Positions 1 to 10,066 of a stretch of 54,059 nt of DNA are shown one piece after another. Source of the DNA: a virus. Its lineage: Duplodnaviria > Caudoviricetes. Both the position numbers and the translations under genes were made by a program. Each line of letters opens with the position of its first letter. Positions within the stretch are counted from its first letter, which is position 1. The notes beneath the pieces were generated by a model, which searched no databases, was not told where the DNA came from, and was given only the letters and a program-made list of their open reading frames with translations. The stretch spans positions 1-54,059 of IMG/VR virus record IMGVR_UViG_3300033150_000652; one strand, 5' to 3'.

Positions 1-114
1 GGCATATTCATCGGGAGGCAGTTTGCGCAACTCATCCATTGACCAGATTGGCTTGCCGATTGTGGCCCGCGTGATATTGCGCCAATGGGGGTCGGTAATG
101 CCCAATTCGTTAAC
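1..114. repeat. Terminal direct repeat (circularisation overlap), copy 1
   Basis: 1-114 is identical to 53946-54059, and a reading frame runs through the junction. Confidence 0.97.
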
Positions 115-3100
115 AATGCGTCCTATATCTTCAGGCGTCAAGTGCTCGCCCGTTGGCATTCCCGTAAGATTGGGCGGGAATGTCTGTGTAGGAGCAAGAA
201 GGTCGGCCTCACCCGATAGTAACGCCACACTTTCCTTGGGACTTAACCCAAAGAATTTCTTTAAGTCTCCCTTCCACTGCCTGTAAGAGGGCAATTGCCC
301 CTGTTTGAGTTCAGTCAGCGTCTTGCGCAATCGCTCATATTGGTTGTCGCTTACTATCCCTTTCGATTTAGCAATTTCCAAATCCCGAAGCGTGCCATCA
401 ATCTGATCTCGACGTATAGGCGTCCAGACACCATGCTTACCGAGTTCGCCACGATAATGGATGTCTTCAATATCTTCTAATTGAACTCCGCCACCGACAC
501 GCTTTTTATGCTCTATATCCATTCTGCCATAGGAAGTGCCCCCATAAGCCTCTTCGCGTGCAAAAGTCCAGGCAGGGAACTCATTAACCGTCTGGTCCAT
601 ATGACTGATGATGAGCCAACGATCACGCGCAATCTCATCTACAATCTTGCGATATTCTTCGAGAGGGATATCTTCAGGGATATTCTCTACCAATCTTCGA
701 CAAATTGCTTCCCAGTGTTCCATAGATTTGGGACTTATATCACCTGGGACGGGGTGATATCCTAACCCATATTGTAACGACCTTTCCCTTAATCTTTGAG
801 CGGCTTTTTGTGCTTCTTTTGTAAGAACTTTGAAATTTGCCCGCTTCTCAGGGGCAGGGTCCCATCTCTTCAACGCTTCCTGTAGGATTCGATATCGCTC
901 GCCATACTCCTCCCTCATGCTCTTTTCAATAACATCTACCGCTCGTCCCGTCTTAGATTTCGCTTCATCTGCATGGGCTCGGAGTTCCCCAATTGCACGG
1001 TCAAATATATCGTTTACGTCTTGTGCGGATTTTGCGCCATCCAATTGTTTCCCTACCCATTCAAAGATAGGGGAAACGTAATCGGGTGGGGTTTTGCTAG
1101 GATAAGCCAACAGATTCGGCGCTGGCTTCAATGCTTTTTGGATATTCTCTTGAAATTCCCTAGCGTTGGCCGTAAGGTGAGGGTTCATTAATACTTGGCG
1201 TAATTCTTCCACCTTCTGTTCGGGAAGATATGGCGCAATCTCATCCAGAACGCCTTGTACAAGGCGGGGACGCATTTGCTCGAATTCTCCCGCCATTGCA
1301 TCGGCAAATATCTTTTTACTGAATAATGACTCACAACGGCTGTATAAGTCGAGCACAGCGCCTACTACCGTGGCGAGATTTGCTTTCCGCACAAAGCGAG
1401 TTCCTGGTTTCTCTATCTTCTTCCCTATATCCGTCAGGCCCTCTTCGGTAGCCTGCATAACTTTCTGTAACGCAGGGTGTTCTATAGGTTTAGGCTTCCG
1501 CCCAAATAGTTTTTCCACTACCAAATTCCAGGTTTCCCTAGGCGTCTTCTGCCCAATAGGGAAGGGGAGTTCTGCCATTGCTGGCTTCCGCCCAGGAGCA
1601 CCGAATATGGTTTCGCCCCCTAATCGTTCAGGGACTTCCCCCAAAGTCCTCCTTATATAGTAATCGGCGGAATATCCCCCAGGAAGGTTGCCATCGAGGG
1701 TGAGTGTAGTCAGTCCCAAGTTATTCCAAAGGTTGTTCCAGAATGTGCGGAGGGACATGCCCAACCAACTTTCCTTCATCAGTCGGCGGGCATAGTCCAG
1801 GGTTCGAGTGATGACCCCTTTCGTCTGTAAATCTAATCCCAACTCACGGGCCTTGGCTCCTAATATGGCCCGTTTGAATACGTGCTTAATATATCGGTCA
1901 TACTGTTCGGGGGTCAATTGCTCCACATTCAGGCCAAGTGATTCTACTTCTCTATCCACCATCTTTTTAAGCATGGCAGTAGGGTCTTGCGTGGTAACCT
2001 TGTGTATATCATCGGCAAGGTTGGTAATCCTTATAGGGTCAAGAGAGGCAGTAGGAGATAGCGCTTTAACCATCTCCTCGGCAGCGCCCTTGGCCCCTAT
2101 TTGGTCAACACTAGAGAAGATATTGCGTAGTTCATCCATCTTCTCCGCTGGTATATCTTTCCAAGGTATGTCGGCCAACTCAGCGGCTCTCTTAACCACG
2201 GCCGAATAGCCCTTTTCATCAATTACGGTAGGGAATACATCACGATACCATTTGTAAAATTTTTCTTTGGCCCCTCTGGAGATAGCAGGGACTTGTTCTC
2301 CCTCTGGCCCTACCAAATAATGTATCCATTCCAACGGGCCCACATCCTTTGGCTTGGCTTGCATTACCTCATTGAGCACATCATCGACCTCGCGACTGAG
2401 TATCCTCATTTTGGAATAATTAGTCTTCTGTCCTAACCATTTGAGGACAGGGATTTTACCAAACACTGTCCCCTCTGTGCCCCCCATGAGGCCGACCGCT
2501 TTCAACCCCGTCTTAGCAGTTGTTTTAAGAGGCCACATTACGGGCGCTTGTAGGGCCTTGGATATGCCAACGGGAATAAGCCAAGCAGGGTCAAGAAGCA
2601 TCTCGCCAATCATTTCATACCGCCAATCGGCGTGCTCCCTTGCCACCTTAGCCACGTCTTCGATAGGGAGTTCATCGAAGGAAACGCCTCTCTCCTCTTT
2701 TAATCGCTCTATATCTCGCCAGAATTGCGATTCTCGTAAGGGCTCAGGTCTTGAGGGCGCTGGTAATGATGGCGCACCCACCACGGGGACTTTATAAGGG
2801 TGTTTTTTGAGATGATAAATAGGAGACAGAGGGGCAAGTGCCCTAGCAGCAGGCTCTAGCATGAATGTGTATCCTGCCTCTTTGCCAATCTGGTAAATCT
2901 TGGGTATATTCCCCCTGGCTCGCGTTTGCCCCCCTATCGTTCTGGCAGTAGCCAGTTGTTTCTGTTGGGCCTTGGTAGGCGCTAAATAAGGTACGCCAGG
3001 AATATTATAGGGTTGCCTTCCCGCTGCCCTAAAGGGATACACGGTGGTATATAATGCCCCCTTCACCTTCCGCGCTGGTTCGACAAAAGGCCACATGACG

Positions 3101-3693
3101 GGAGTTTCATATCCCAAGGGCCCCCGTGCCGAGAAATAAGGAACCAAACCTAGAAGCCCAGGCCCCAATCCCTTCCGAGGGTCCCCCCAAAGGGAAGCCG
3201 CTAAATCCAAAAGGAATTTATCCGTTGCACTAGGGTCGTATACTTTGGTGGGTATAGTACCCCCATAAGTATGAATCACGCCTGGAGTACCTTGAGGGGG
3301 CTCAAGGCGTTGATACCAATTCTTTAGTCTCTCCCATTCTCCCCCTAGCCAACCCGTTACTTTTCTTCCCGCTTCTTGTACATCACCCCAAGTCCATTCC
3401 GTGATGGGGGGAATGTAGGGCGGTAATCTTGGGGGCGCTTGTCGTATAACTGGTTCGGGCCCGAATTTTTCTGGAGGGACATATTTAGGAATACGCGCGG
3501 GTTTCATCGGTGGAGGCCCAGGACGTGTGCCCCCCAATCTACTAGGCGGAGCACCACGCGGTATGCGCGAAGGTTGCTCTGGCTCATACGGTTGCCCCTC
3601 GTATGGGTCAAATCCCCAATCAGGCTCCTGCTGTCGCCGTCTATTCAATTCCCTTTCAAACTCAGGGTCATCCCAAAACGGTATTACAGCCAT
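1..3693 (-). CDS. Giant virion/DNA-ejection-type protein, 5' part (continues across the junction to 50994; ~2,214 aa total)
   Basis: ATG at 3693 after GAGG (MAVIPFWDDPEFERE...). Translated by hand without a stop to about 1700, and the ORF track shows no closed ORF in this frame below that. In frame with ORF 50994-54050 through the overlap. Confidence 0.85.
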   Translation of the reverse strand, partial: MAVIPFWDDPEFERELNRRRQQEPDWGFDPYEGQPYEPEQPSRIPRGAPPSRLGGTRPGPPPMKPARIPKYVPPEKFGPEPVIRQAPPRLPPYIPPITEWTWGDVQEAGRKVTGWLGGEWERLKNWYQRLEPPQGTPGVIHTYGGTIPTKVYDPSATDKFLLDLAASLWGDPRKGLGPGLLGLVPYFSARGPLGYETPVMWPFVEPARKVKGALYTTVYPFRAAGRQPYNIPGVPYLAPTKAQQKQLATARTIGGQTRARGNIPKIYQIGKEAGYTFMLEPAARALAPLSPIYHLKKHPYKVPVVGAPSLPAPSRPEPLRESQFWRDIERLKEERGVSFDELPIEDVAKVAREHADWRYEMIGEMLLDPAWLIPVGISKALQAPVMWPLKTTAKTGLKAVGLMGGTEGTVFGKIPVLKWLGQKTNYSKMRILSREVDDVLNEVMQAKPKDVGPLEWIHYLVGPEGEQVPAISRGAKEKFYKWYRDVFPTVIDEKGYSAVVKRAAELADIPWKDIPAEKMDELRNIFSSVDQIGAKGAAEEMVKALSPTASLDPIRITNLADDIHKVTTQDPTAMLKKMVDREVESLGLNVEQLTPEQYDRYIKHVFKRAILGAKARELGLDLQTKGVITRTLDYARRLMKESWLGMSLRTFWNNLWNNLGLTTLTLDGNLPGGYSADYYIRRTLGEVPERLGGETIFGAPGRKPAMAELPFPIGQKTPRETWNLVVEKLFGRKPKPIEHPALQKVMQATEEGLTDIGKKIEKPGTRFVRKANLATVVGAVLDLYSRCESLFSKKIFADAMAGEFEQMRPRLVQGVLDEIAPYLPEQKVEELRQVLMNPHLTANAREFQENIQKALKPAPNLLAYPSKTPPDYVSPIFEWVGKQLDGAKSAQDVNDIFDRAIGELRAHADEAKSKTGRAVDVIEKSMREEYGERYRILQEALKRWDPAPEKRANFKVLTKEAQKAAQRLRERSLQYGLGYHPVPGDISPKSMEHWEAICRRLVENIPEDIPLEEYRKIVDEIARDRWLIISHMDQTVNEFPAWTFAREEAYGGTSYGRMDIEHKKRVGGGVQLEDIEDIHYRGELGKHGVWTPIRRDQIDGTLRDLEIAKSKGIVSDNQYERLRKTLTELKQGQLPSYRQWKGDLKKFFGLSPKESVALLSGEADLLAPTQTFPPNLTGMPTGEHLTPEDIGRIVNELGITDPHWRNITRATIGKPIWSMDELRKLPPDEYA

Positions 3694-3887
3694 TCTACCT
3701 CATTACTTGTCAAAGTCATGTTAAGAAGCGATTCCAGATAAACCATAATCGCCTCTTTAGCGTTTTCTAAGGCTTCTTCCTTTGTCATTCCATCTGTATG
3801 GAGCCCCTTAAAGGCGGGGCAATATGCATGAAGCCCAGGCTCATCTGGTTCTATGATTACCTTGATTCCCAATTTCACTACAGCCAT
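3684..3887 (-). CDS. hicB: HicB-like antitoxin (orphan, N-terminal domain only)
   Basis: VIIEPDE..LHAYCPAFKGLHTDGMTKEEALENAKEAI..YLE matches the HicB pattern. Confidence 0.8.
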   Translation of the reverse strand: MAVVKLGIKVIIEPDEPGLHAYCPAFKGLHTDGMTKEEALENAKEAIMVYLESLLNMTLTSNEVEWL

Positions 3888-5599
3888 CTAGGATTCTGCC
3901 ATCCCCATCCTATGTTTTGTCCCCTGCGCTCACTTAAATAACTGCCCTGTCGGAATGTGGGCAATGACGCCCGTTCACTCAACGGTGCCTGCCACATAGT
4001 GGGCGATACTAACTCCTCTAACAACGGTCTCCACAGATTCCAAACGTTCGCTGCTTCTTGGTCAGTTGGCATCCAGTTCAACAGTCTTTGCATTTCTCTG
4101 TCATAATACTCTTGCTGTGCCCTAGTCCTTCTCGCCCCTACGTTCTCCGAGCCCGCCCCATACTTCTGCTGCAGTTGCAATATGCTCGCTATCTGCTGCC
4201 CCACAGGACTATTGGGGTCAATCAATCCCAATTCGTTCCCAGGCTCTCCACCAGGGCCGAATAGTATATCCCTAATCATGTAAGGACGGGAGGCCAAATC
4301 GTATTGCCATTGGTCAATATCCCGTGGTGGCTCCCAATTTTCCAATCCCTGGAAGTAATCCCCATAGATTTCTGGTTCTGCTTTGGCAAGATAACTCATC
4401 CAGTATTCCTGGTCTATAGGCGACATGAAGGGAATCAACTGGTTCACGGCGTCTAGGAATTCCGTTTCCGCTGACCAGTCAACATCCTCTACCCATCGCC
4501 TGCGTTCGTAGAATTCTGGGGCCCAAGGTTCGTAATCCCATTCCCCAGGCCAAGCAGCGTATGGCCTGTACCATTCGGGGGTAGGCTCATTGTAGGGTGG
4601 AGGCTCAGGAGTAGGGCCTGGGGGTTGTGGCCCTGGAGGTTGTGGTGGCCCAGGGGGTCTTTGTTCCGAGCCCCAATAAAGCCCCGCCAGATATGCTAAA
4701 TCACGTTTGCCCAACCCATAATCTTCGGCATTGACAGTGCCCCAGTATTCCCAGCCAGGCCAATCTCCCCCCTCGACAATGCTATTCAGGAGTTCGTCAG
4801 CCTTATCGGTAAGTTCAAATCCTTCCCCCGTCCAGCGTAAATATCCATTCTCTACCAAGGGAAAGATTGATGACGTAAACGATTCGAGGGGCATTCCTGA
4901 TTGTTGAAGCAAATCACTATATGGCATCAATGGGATAAGTGCCTCAGCATTAGCACAACCAGCAAAGAACTTTAGTGCTTCCTGGGCATTCGTGCCAATA
5001 GGGGAATCAGCCCCCCATAGAGCGTCAAGCCCTTCTTTTGTAATATATCCATCTTGTAAAATCCCCTCTTCCTCAAATACGGGGGCCAAGAGATCGGCAT
5101 CTATGGCTAGAAATGATTTGTCCCCATAGCCCAGGTCCTTCGTAAGAAGCCAATCCCTTCCCTGAGGAGTCAGATGAACTCGCCCATCTTGATCAAAAGT
5201 TATATATCCCCAACCTAACAGAAGGGAGAGATAAGAGCCAGTACCTGTATTCTTCTGCCAATCAGATGCATAACTTATGCTCCCTGAGCCAAAAGGATTG
5301 TATGTAAATTTACCCTGGCGCAATAGGTCTTGGAGCATACTTTGGTATTCACTAGGCACTCCAGGCATACCGTTGGCAAGTGCCCATGCGCCTTGCGCCG
5401 TTAAGCCCCATACGTCGGGAAACGCAGGTGCATTCCTACGGGGTGGAGGTACATCGGGAAGAATATCAATATAGCCATTCTCCCATAACCATTGGCGAAT
5501 AGCCTCTTCTTCGGGGTTGCGTTGATATAAATCCTTGTCCTCTTCTATCTCCCCCCCAGGTTCCGCTTGATATCCAAAAATCCAATCATTTAGCGCCAT
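3878..5599 (-). CDS. Hypothetical virion-associated protein, 573 aa
   Basis: Long ORF with SD in the structural module; acidic, with a Pro-rich linker. Confidence 0.7.
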   Translation of the reverse strand: MALNDWIFGYQAEPGGEIEEDKDLYQRNPEEEAIRQWLWENGYIDILPDVPPPRRNAPAFPDVWGLTAQGAWALANGMPGVPSEYQSMLQDLLRQGKFTYNPFGSGSISYASDWQKNTGTGSYLSLLLGWGYITFDQDGRVHLTPQGRDWLLTKDLGYGDKSFLAIDADLLAPVFEEEGILQDGYITKEGLDALWGADSPIGTNAQEALKFFAGCANAEALIPLMPYSDLLQQSGMPLESFTSSIFPLVENGYLRWTGEGFELTDKADELLNSIVEGGDWPGWEYWGTVNAEDYGLGKRDLAYLAGLYWGSEQRPPGPPQPPGPQPPGPTPEPPPYNEPTPEWYRPYAAWPGEWDYEPWAPEFYERRRWVEDVDWSAETEFLDAVNQLIPFMSPIDQEYWMSYLAKAEPEIYGDYFQGLENWEPPRDIDQWQYDLASRPYMIRDILFGPGGEPGNELGLIDPNSPVGQQIASILQLQQKYGAGSENVGARRTRAQQEYYDREMQRLLNWMPTDQEAANVWNLWRPLLEELVSPTMWQAPLSERASLPTFRQGSYLSERRGQNIGWGWQNPRWL

Positions 5600-5801
5600 A
5601 TATCCTCTCCAATCGTTTTCTCATGGTATCCACATATGCTGCCAGACTCTCCTCCCCGTATTTTTCGCTTATCCACTTAATGTCATCTGGTCTCAATTTT
5701 AAGAATGTTTTTACCGCTCTATCGGGCACATTGAACATATCGCCAACTACATCCTGCCATTCACGTAGAACCTGTCGTGCAATGTCAGACCATTCTTCCA
5801 T
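5586..5801 (-). CDS. Hypothetical protein, 71 aa
   Basis: Fills the gap between portal and the next gene, overlapping the latter. Confidence 0.7.
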   Translation of the reverse strand: MEEWSDIARQVLREWQDVVGDMFNVPDRAVKTFLKLRPDDIKWISEKYGEESLAAYVDTMRKRLERIYGAK

Positions 5802-5802
5802 A

Positions 5803-7560
5803 TCACACCTGCGGTTTCTTTCCTGGTACTACGCCTAACGCCTGTTGCATTTGTGTCTTGGGTGCTGGTGCCCCACCCTGCGGGCTGGGTATCTTTGGTG
5901 GCGGTGGCGCACCCTTGCCCGCCTTAGGCATACTCATAGGCAGTCCCCCGCCTGCCATCGTAGCCACCTGTCGTTGGATAATTTGCTGGAACACCTCTTG
6001 TGCTAACGGTAACCATTCCGAGCCCTCCGCTTGCAATGCATCTATAAAGGCGGGTATCATCATCAACGGGTGGCGCAATGCCATCTCCCGCATCTTCTGT
6101 CTCAATTCTTCCTCTGGTTGCTCCACGCCGTAATATCGCTCCATAATGGTGCGGTCGGATAGCACCTGTAACTGCTTGGCTTGTGCACCTATCGTTGCCA
6201 ATCTTGCCTCATCTAGCGGAAGCACCCTGCTTATACTCACATCAATACGCTGTCCCTCTAAGTCTCGCCCCAGCATCTGAATGGCATATGGCTTGCCCTT
6301 AACCTCGCCATAAACGGGGATTAAGGTATCGGGACTGAAATTAGCGCATAAATCGCACATCTTGCGGAATAACACGGATAAACACAATTCCATCTGCTTT
6401 CTTGGAATACCGAGTCTGATACGACCACCTTCCGATAACTGGGACAGGGCATATCCCGATACGCTTCCTGGGCCTTGCCCATACACCGCTTTGGGGAAGC
6501 CCGCTTCTTGCATCTCATCATGGAATATCGTTAACTGTATAGCCATATCAGGCGGAGAGCCAGGCCAGGTGGGAAAACCCACCTCATCCTCTGGGCCTAG
6601 TTCCACCACCTCCCCAATATCGGCATCCACCTCTATAGGCGTAGAGCCCTTATGCATAATCGGCAGGGCAGCATAGACTTTCAGCGCCCTGGCCTGCATG
6701 GACAATAATTTCTCCATCTCCCTTAGGGGGTTCTCTAGGGCAGCCAAGAAACTTAAGCCTGTCCATTCGCCCTTGGGCGAGCCCGTGGGCTTGCAGAAGT
6801 TGATAGTGTAAGGCAAGTCGGTATAGCCAGGCATATGGGTGGGAGGACGTAGAAGTTCTTTCCCCGCAATGATAGTGTTCCAAACCTCGTTGCCTCTGAA
6901 TTCCCAATAATCTATGAAGTCCAGTTCTGTCTTGGCCTTTTGCTTTAGCGACACGTGGTCATATTCTTCTAACGGCCCAAACTCGTCTTCAATATCAAGG
7001 ATGGTACGACGCTGATGATAGATAATCCACTGCCATTTCCTCAACGGGGCCCCAGAGGGCATGGGATAGACATTGGCAGGGTCTATAACCTGCAATACCA
7101 ATGGGCATTCGGGCCAGGCTTCGGGTAGTTCGTCCTCTGGGTCTCGGCGTTCTAATAGTGGCTCCCAATAAGCCCTGAAACAGACCCAACCTTTTACTAG
7201 CATATACCAGAAGGCATCATAGAGAATATCGGTTTCCTGGCGTTCGGAGTTGATGTATAACACGCCCATGAAAAATTTCTCAATCTGTTCGGCAAGGTTG
7301 CGCTGGGCTTCATCCTCAAGGTTGTACACCGAGATTTTGATATTCTGGGCGGCCAGGATACCTGAGGCTATATCTATAATGTTTTGTGGCGTGGATAGGG
7401 TGATACGTTGCTCACTGGGTCTGCGGGGCGTGTCCCAGTGCTCAAGAAAATACAGTTTTTCCATCTTCTCGAACATGGCGTTACGTTTCTCATAGAAATG
7501 ACGCCGTTCAAAGAATTTACCTTTTATCTCCTGTATTATCTCGAAATCGTATTCAGCCAT
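5803..7560 (-). CDS. Portal protein
   Basis: 585 aa downstream of TerL; LQVIDPANVYP, VYGQGPGSVSGYALSQL and LSDRTIME segments and a Q/P-rich tail are typical of podovirus portals. Confidence 0.85.
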   Translation of the reverse strand: MAEYDFEIIQEIKGKFFERRHFYEKRNAMFEKMEKLYFLEHWDTPRRPSEQRITLSTPQNIIDIASGILAAQNIKISVYNLEDEAQRNLAEQIEKFFMGVLYINSERQETDILYDAFWYMLVKGWVCFRAYWEPLLERRDPEDELPEAWPECPLVLQVIDPANVYPMPSGAPLRKWQWIIYHQRRTILDIEDEFGPLEEYDHVSLKQKAKTELDFIDYWEFRGNEVWNTIIAGKELLRPPTHMPGYTDLPYTINFCKPTGSPKGEWTGLSFLAALENPLREMEKLLSMQARALKVYAALPIMHKGSTPIEVDADIGEVVELGPEDEVGFPTWPGSPPDMAIQLTIFHDEMQEAGFPKAVYGQGPGSVSGYALSQLSEGGRIRLGIPRKQMELCLSVLFRKMCDLCANFSPDTLIPVYGEVKGKPYAIQMLGRDLEGQRIDVSISRVLPLDEARLATIGAQAKQLQVLSDRTIMERYYGVEQPEEELRQKMREMALRHPLMMIPAFIDALQAEGSEWLPLAQEVFQQIIQRQVATMAGGGLPMSMPKAGKGAPPPPKIPSPQGGAPAPKTQMQQALGVVPGKKPQV

Positions 7561-7569
7561 ATCCTATCC

Positions 7570-8679
7570 TTACCTTAACTTTAAGGGTATCGGTGTTGGC
7601 ATTACTGGTGGTATATACGGTGCGGGCGTTATTTCGGGCATAATCTGAGGCTCTAAATATAACCAATTTTGTAAATTACTTCTGTTCAGCGTTACCTCTG
7701 GATACTGTGCTGGGGCGTTAAGCAGATAACGCGATTGGTAGAAGGGCCAAGCGCTATAAGGTATTTCCTGCCACGTGGGCCGATTGCCTATCATGCCCTG
7801 CACATAGGCGATATTAGGCCCCTCTGCATATATCTCCCGCCGACCCGTAGGCTCTGGCCCCCGACCGATGATGCTTATGATTTGTCGTGCCAGCCAGGGC
7901 TTCCGTTCATAGAGAGCCTGCGCGACATCCTCGCGAAATTGCCTATATCTATCCCAGTAAGGATTTTCTTCCCAAGGAGCAACCTTAGTCCAAGCACGTA
8001 AGTTTCCCTCCCCACCGAACAGATTTTCCTCCTGTACTTTGTGCCCAAACTCATGGGCTAAAAGCAAATAGGGATTTTCAGGATAGTTATATTCGATAAT
8101 AATACCCCCTTTGGGGATTGTTACCTCCTCGCCACTTAGTGTGTATCCTTTTTGAGTAATGGGTGCGTATCCTCCCGAAGGGCGCAACTCGCCATAGGGC
8201 GGTACATTCATCCATCCCTCAGAACCAGCCTGCATAGCATAGATGGGAGTAACATCAAACATATAATCTATATAATCAGGATTCATCTGAGGGAATATCT
8301 CTTTCATCCGCTCCGCTGTTAACCATTTATCCTCTGGCGTGGCGAGAATAATGGGCGGAGAGCCATATGGTCTTGCTCCTGGAGGCAACATAGGATATTC
8401 TCCCAATATCTCATTGGGCCTCCAATCCTCAAGAAAAACGGTGGGGGTTAGAACATCCTCTTTGCGATATGTAGCCAGGGGAACCGAGAGAGGGAATCCC
8501 CCCGTCGTCAAATCCGCTACTGGGACGCCTGCTATTCTTCGTGGTGGAGTAGAGAGGGGCGGTGGTGTTATTCCCCCAGCAGACGGAAATCCAGGAGGTT
8601 GCGCCCCAGGTTCTTCATACGGCTCTTCCCATTGCGGATGACGTGGTTTGTATCCTCCCTGCTCCGATGGGTCTATCAC
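7570..8679 (-). CDS. MIDPS-tag protein with HExxH zinc-metallopeptidase-like motif
   Basis: N-term MIDPSEQGGYK; LLAHEFGHKVQE with downstream EIYAE. Confidence 0.7.
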   Translation of the reverse strand: MIDPSEQGGYKPRHPQWEEPYEEPGAQPPGFPSAGGITPPPLSTPPRRIAGVPVADLTTGGFPLSVPLATYRKEDVLTPTVFLEDWRPNEILGEYPMLPPGARPYGSPPIILATPEDKWLTAERMKEIFPQMNPDYIDYMFDVTPIYAMQAGSEGWMNVPPYGELRPSGGYAPITQKGYTLSGEEVTIPKGGIIIEYNYPENPYLLLAHEFGHKVQEENLFGGEGNLRAWTKVAPWEENPYWDRYRQFREDVAQALYERKPWLARQIISIIGRGPEPTGRREIYAEGPNIAYVQGMIGNRPTWQEIPYSAWPFYQSRYLLNAPAQYPEVTLNRSNLQNWLYLEPQIMPEITPAPYIPPVMPTPIPLKLR

Positions 8680-8682
8680 ATT

Positions 8683-9447
8683 TCACCTCCATTTCCAATA
8701 TAAGGGCAGATGCAATGGTATTATCGTTGGCGTTGGAGTGGGCGTAGCAGTAGGAACAAGGGTGGGTATAAATCGCTCATTTACATCTATCCTGCTAATA
8801 TCCACTGTCGGCCCTGGCGTAGTCGTCGGCGCTACTATTGGCTCCCCACCCCGATATGGATAAAATTTCCCCAAAACACTGTAGTAGGGCATACTTTCTA
8901 TATCGGGATATGCCTGACTAAGATAGGCATAGGCTTCTTCAGGTTGCGCCTCAGGCGGATATTGTTGAATAGTATCCCATATCCATGAGGGCATTCTTGG
9001 GTTACTTGCAATTGCTGGCTCGTAATACTGCTCCCACCCCGAAGGAATGTTTACAGGACGTTGGAAATCTATAACATGAGTAGCCTCGTGAGCCAATGTG
9101 ATTGGAAGGTCTGGGTTGGGATAGGTTAAATCTATAACCCCATGAGGGCCATAACCCTCACCCTCTACGTATAATCCTGTGGGTATTGTGCCTCCCACAC
9201 GAGGCAATCCTTGGTGTAACCTAATAGGCACGTTCTGTCGTAACCAGTTCTGAATTGTGGGGTCAAAGTCGTATGTTTTAAATACCTCTCCCCATAAATC
9301 AGGTGGCACCGTTGGCGTCGGTGGTGGTGTATATGGCAACGGTGTTATGGTTGGTGCGTTGCTGGTAGGTATGGGCCCACCATAGGTATATCGTTCAAGG
9401 AATCCTCGCGGTCGTTTATAGCCACCTTGTTGCGATGGGTCTATCAA
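8683..9447 (-). CDS. MIDPS-tag protein with HExxH zinc-metallopeptidase-like motif
   Basis: N-term MIDPSQQGGYK; TLAHEATHVID with downstream EEAYAY; PT-rich tail. Confidence 0.7.
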   Translation of the reverse strand: MIDPSQQGGYKRPRGFLERYTYGGPIPTSNAPTITPLPYTPPPTPTVPPDLWGEVFKTYDFDPTIQNWLRQNVPIRLHQGLPRVGGTIPTGLYVEGEGYGPHGVIDLTYPNPDLPITLAHEATHVIDFQRPVNIPSGWEQYYEPAIASNPRMPSWIWDTIQQYPPEAQPEEAYAYLSQAYPDIESMPYYSVLGKFYPYRGGEPIVAPTTTPGPTVDISRIDVNERFIPTLVPTATPTPTPTIIPLHLPLYWKWR

Positions 9448-9456
9448 TTTATCCTC

Positions 9457-10053
9457 CTACCAAGGTATTTCCCCACTGAAACCATAATCTCGCGGGATAA
9501 ACATGTATGGAGGTGGGAATTCACCTTGTGTTGAGAGCATAGGAACCGCCCTAGCGCTCCTGGGGGGCACTCGCAGTGGTGGACGTATACCGACGGGTGG
9601 TGGCCCCACAAAACGCCAATCTATATTGGGTATCCTTGGGGGGGGATATGTCGCTGATAGATTCCTCTCGGCCCAGTCTCTAAAGGGCGCTATCTCTGGC
9701 AGAAAATAATTATATCGTCTAAGGGTTGATAGATTCCTCTCGGCCCAATCTCTGAAAGGTGCCACCCAGTCCCTAAGAGTTTGATAGGGTTGATATACTA
9801 CTGGCAGTTCAGGTGGTTCCAATATCCTCTTGCCTAAACGCCACGCGGGTCTAAGTATAGGGGGAACAGACTGTTCTATCCCAGGTGAATATTGTGGCAG
9901 AAAGTCTAATGCGCCGATATTCCTCCTGGCGAAATCGTGAAAAGGGAAAAGATTGGGCGGAGGCGGAGAGGCGGTATATCTCTCCCTAAATCCCCGCGGG
10001 TATTTCTTTTTCTCTTTGGGTTTATAACCGCCCTGCTCTGAAGGGTCTATCAT
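9457..10053 (-). CDS. MIDPS-tag Pro-rich protein with internal repeats
   Basis: N-term MIDPSEQGGYK; PFRDWAERNLS twice plus PFHDFARRNIG. Confidence 0.7.
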   Translation of the reverse strand: MIDPSEQGGYKPKEKKKYPRGFRERYTASPPPPNLFPFHDFARRNIGALDFLPQYSPGIEQSVPPILRPAWRLGKRILEPPELPVVYQPYQTLRDWVAPFRDWAERNLSTLRRYNYFLPEIAPFRDWAERNLSATYPPPRIPNIDWRFVGPPPVGIRPPLRVPPRSARAVPMLSTQGEFPPPYMFIPRDYGFSGEIPW

Positions 10054-10066
10054 TTATTCCTCCTTT

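Noticed and set aside
1-114. Biological direct terminal repeat
   Set aside because: It falls in the middle of a gene, so an assembly overlap of a circular or permuted genome is more likely
23-3741. Plus-strand ORFs here, and antisense ORFs over other long genes
   Set aside because: Shadow frames of well-supported opposite-strand genes, without SD or motifs
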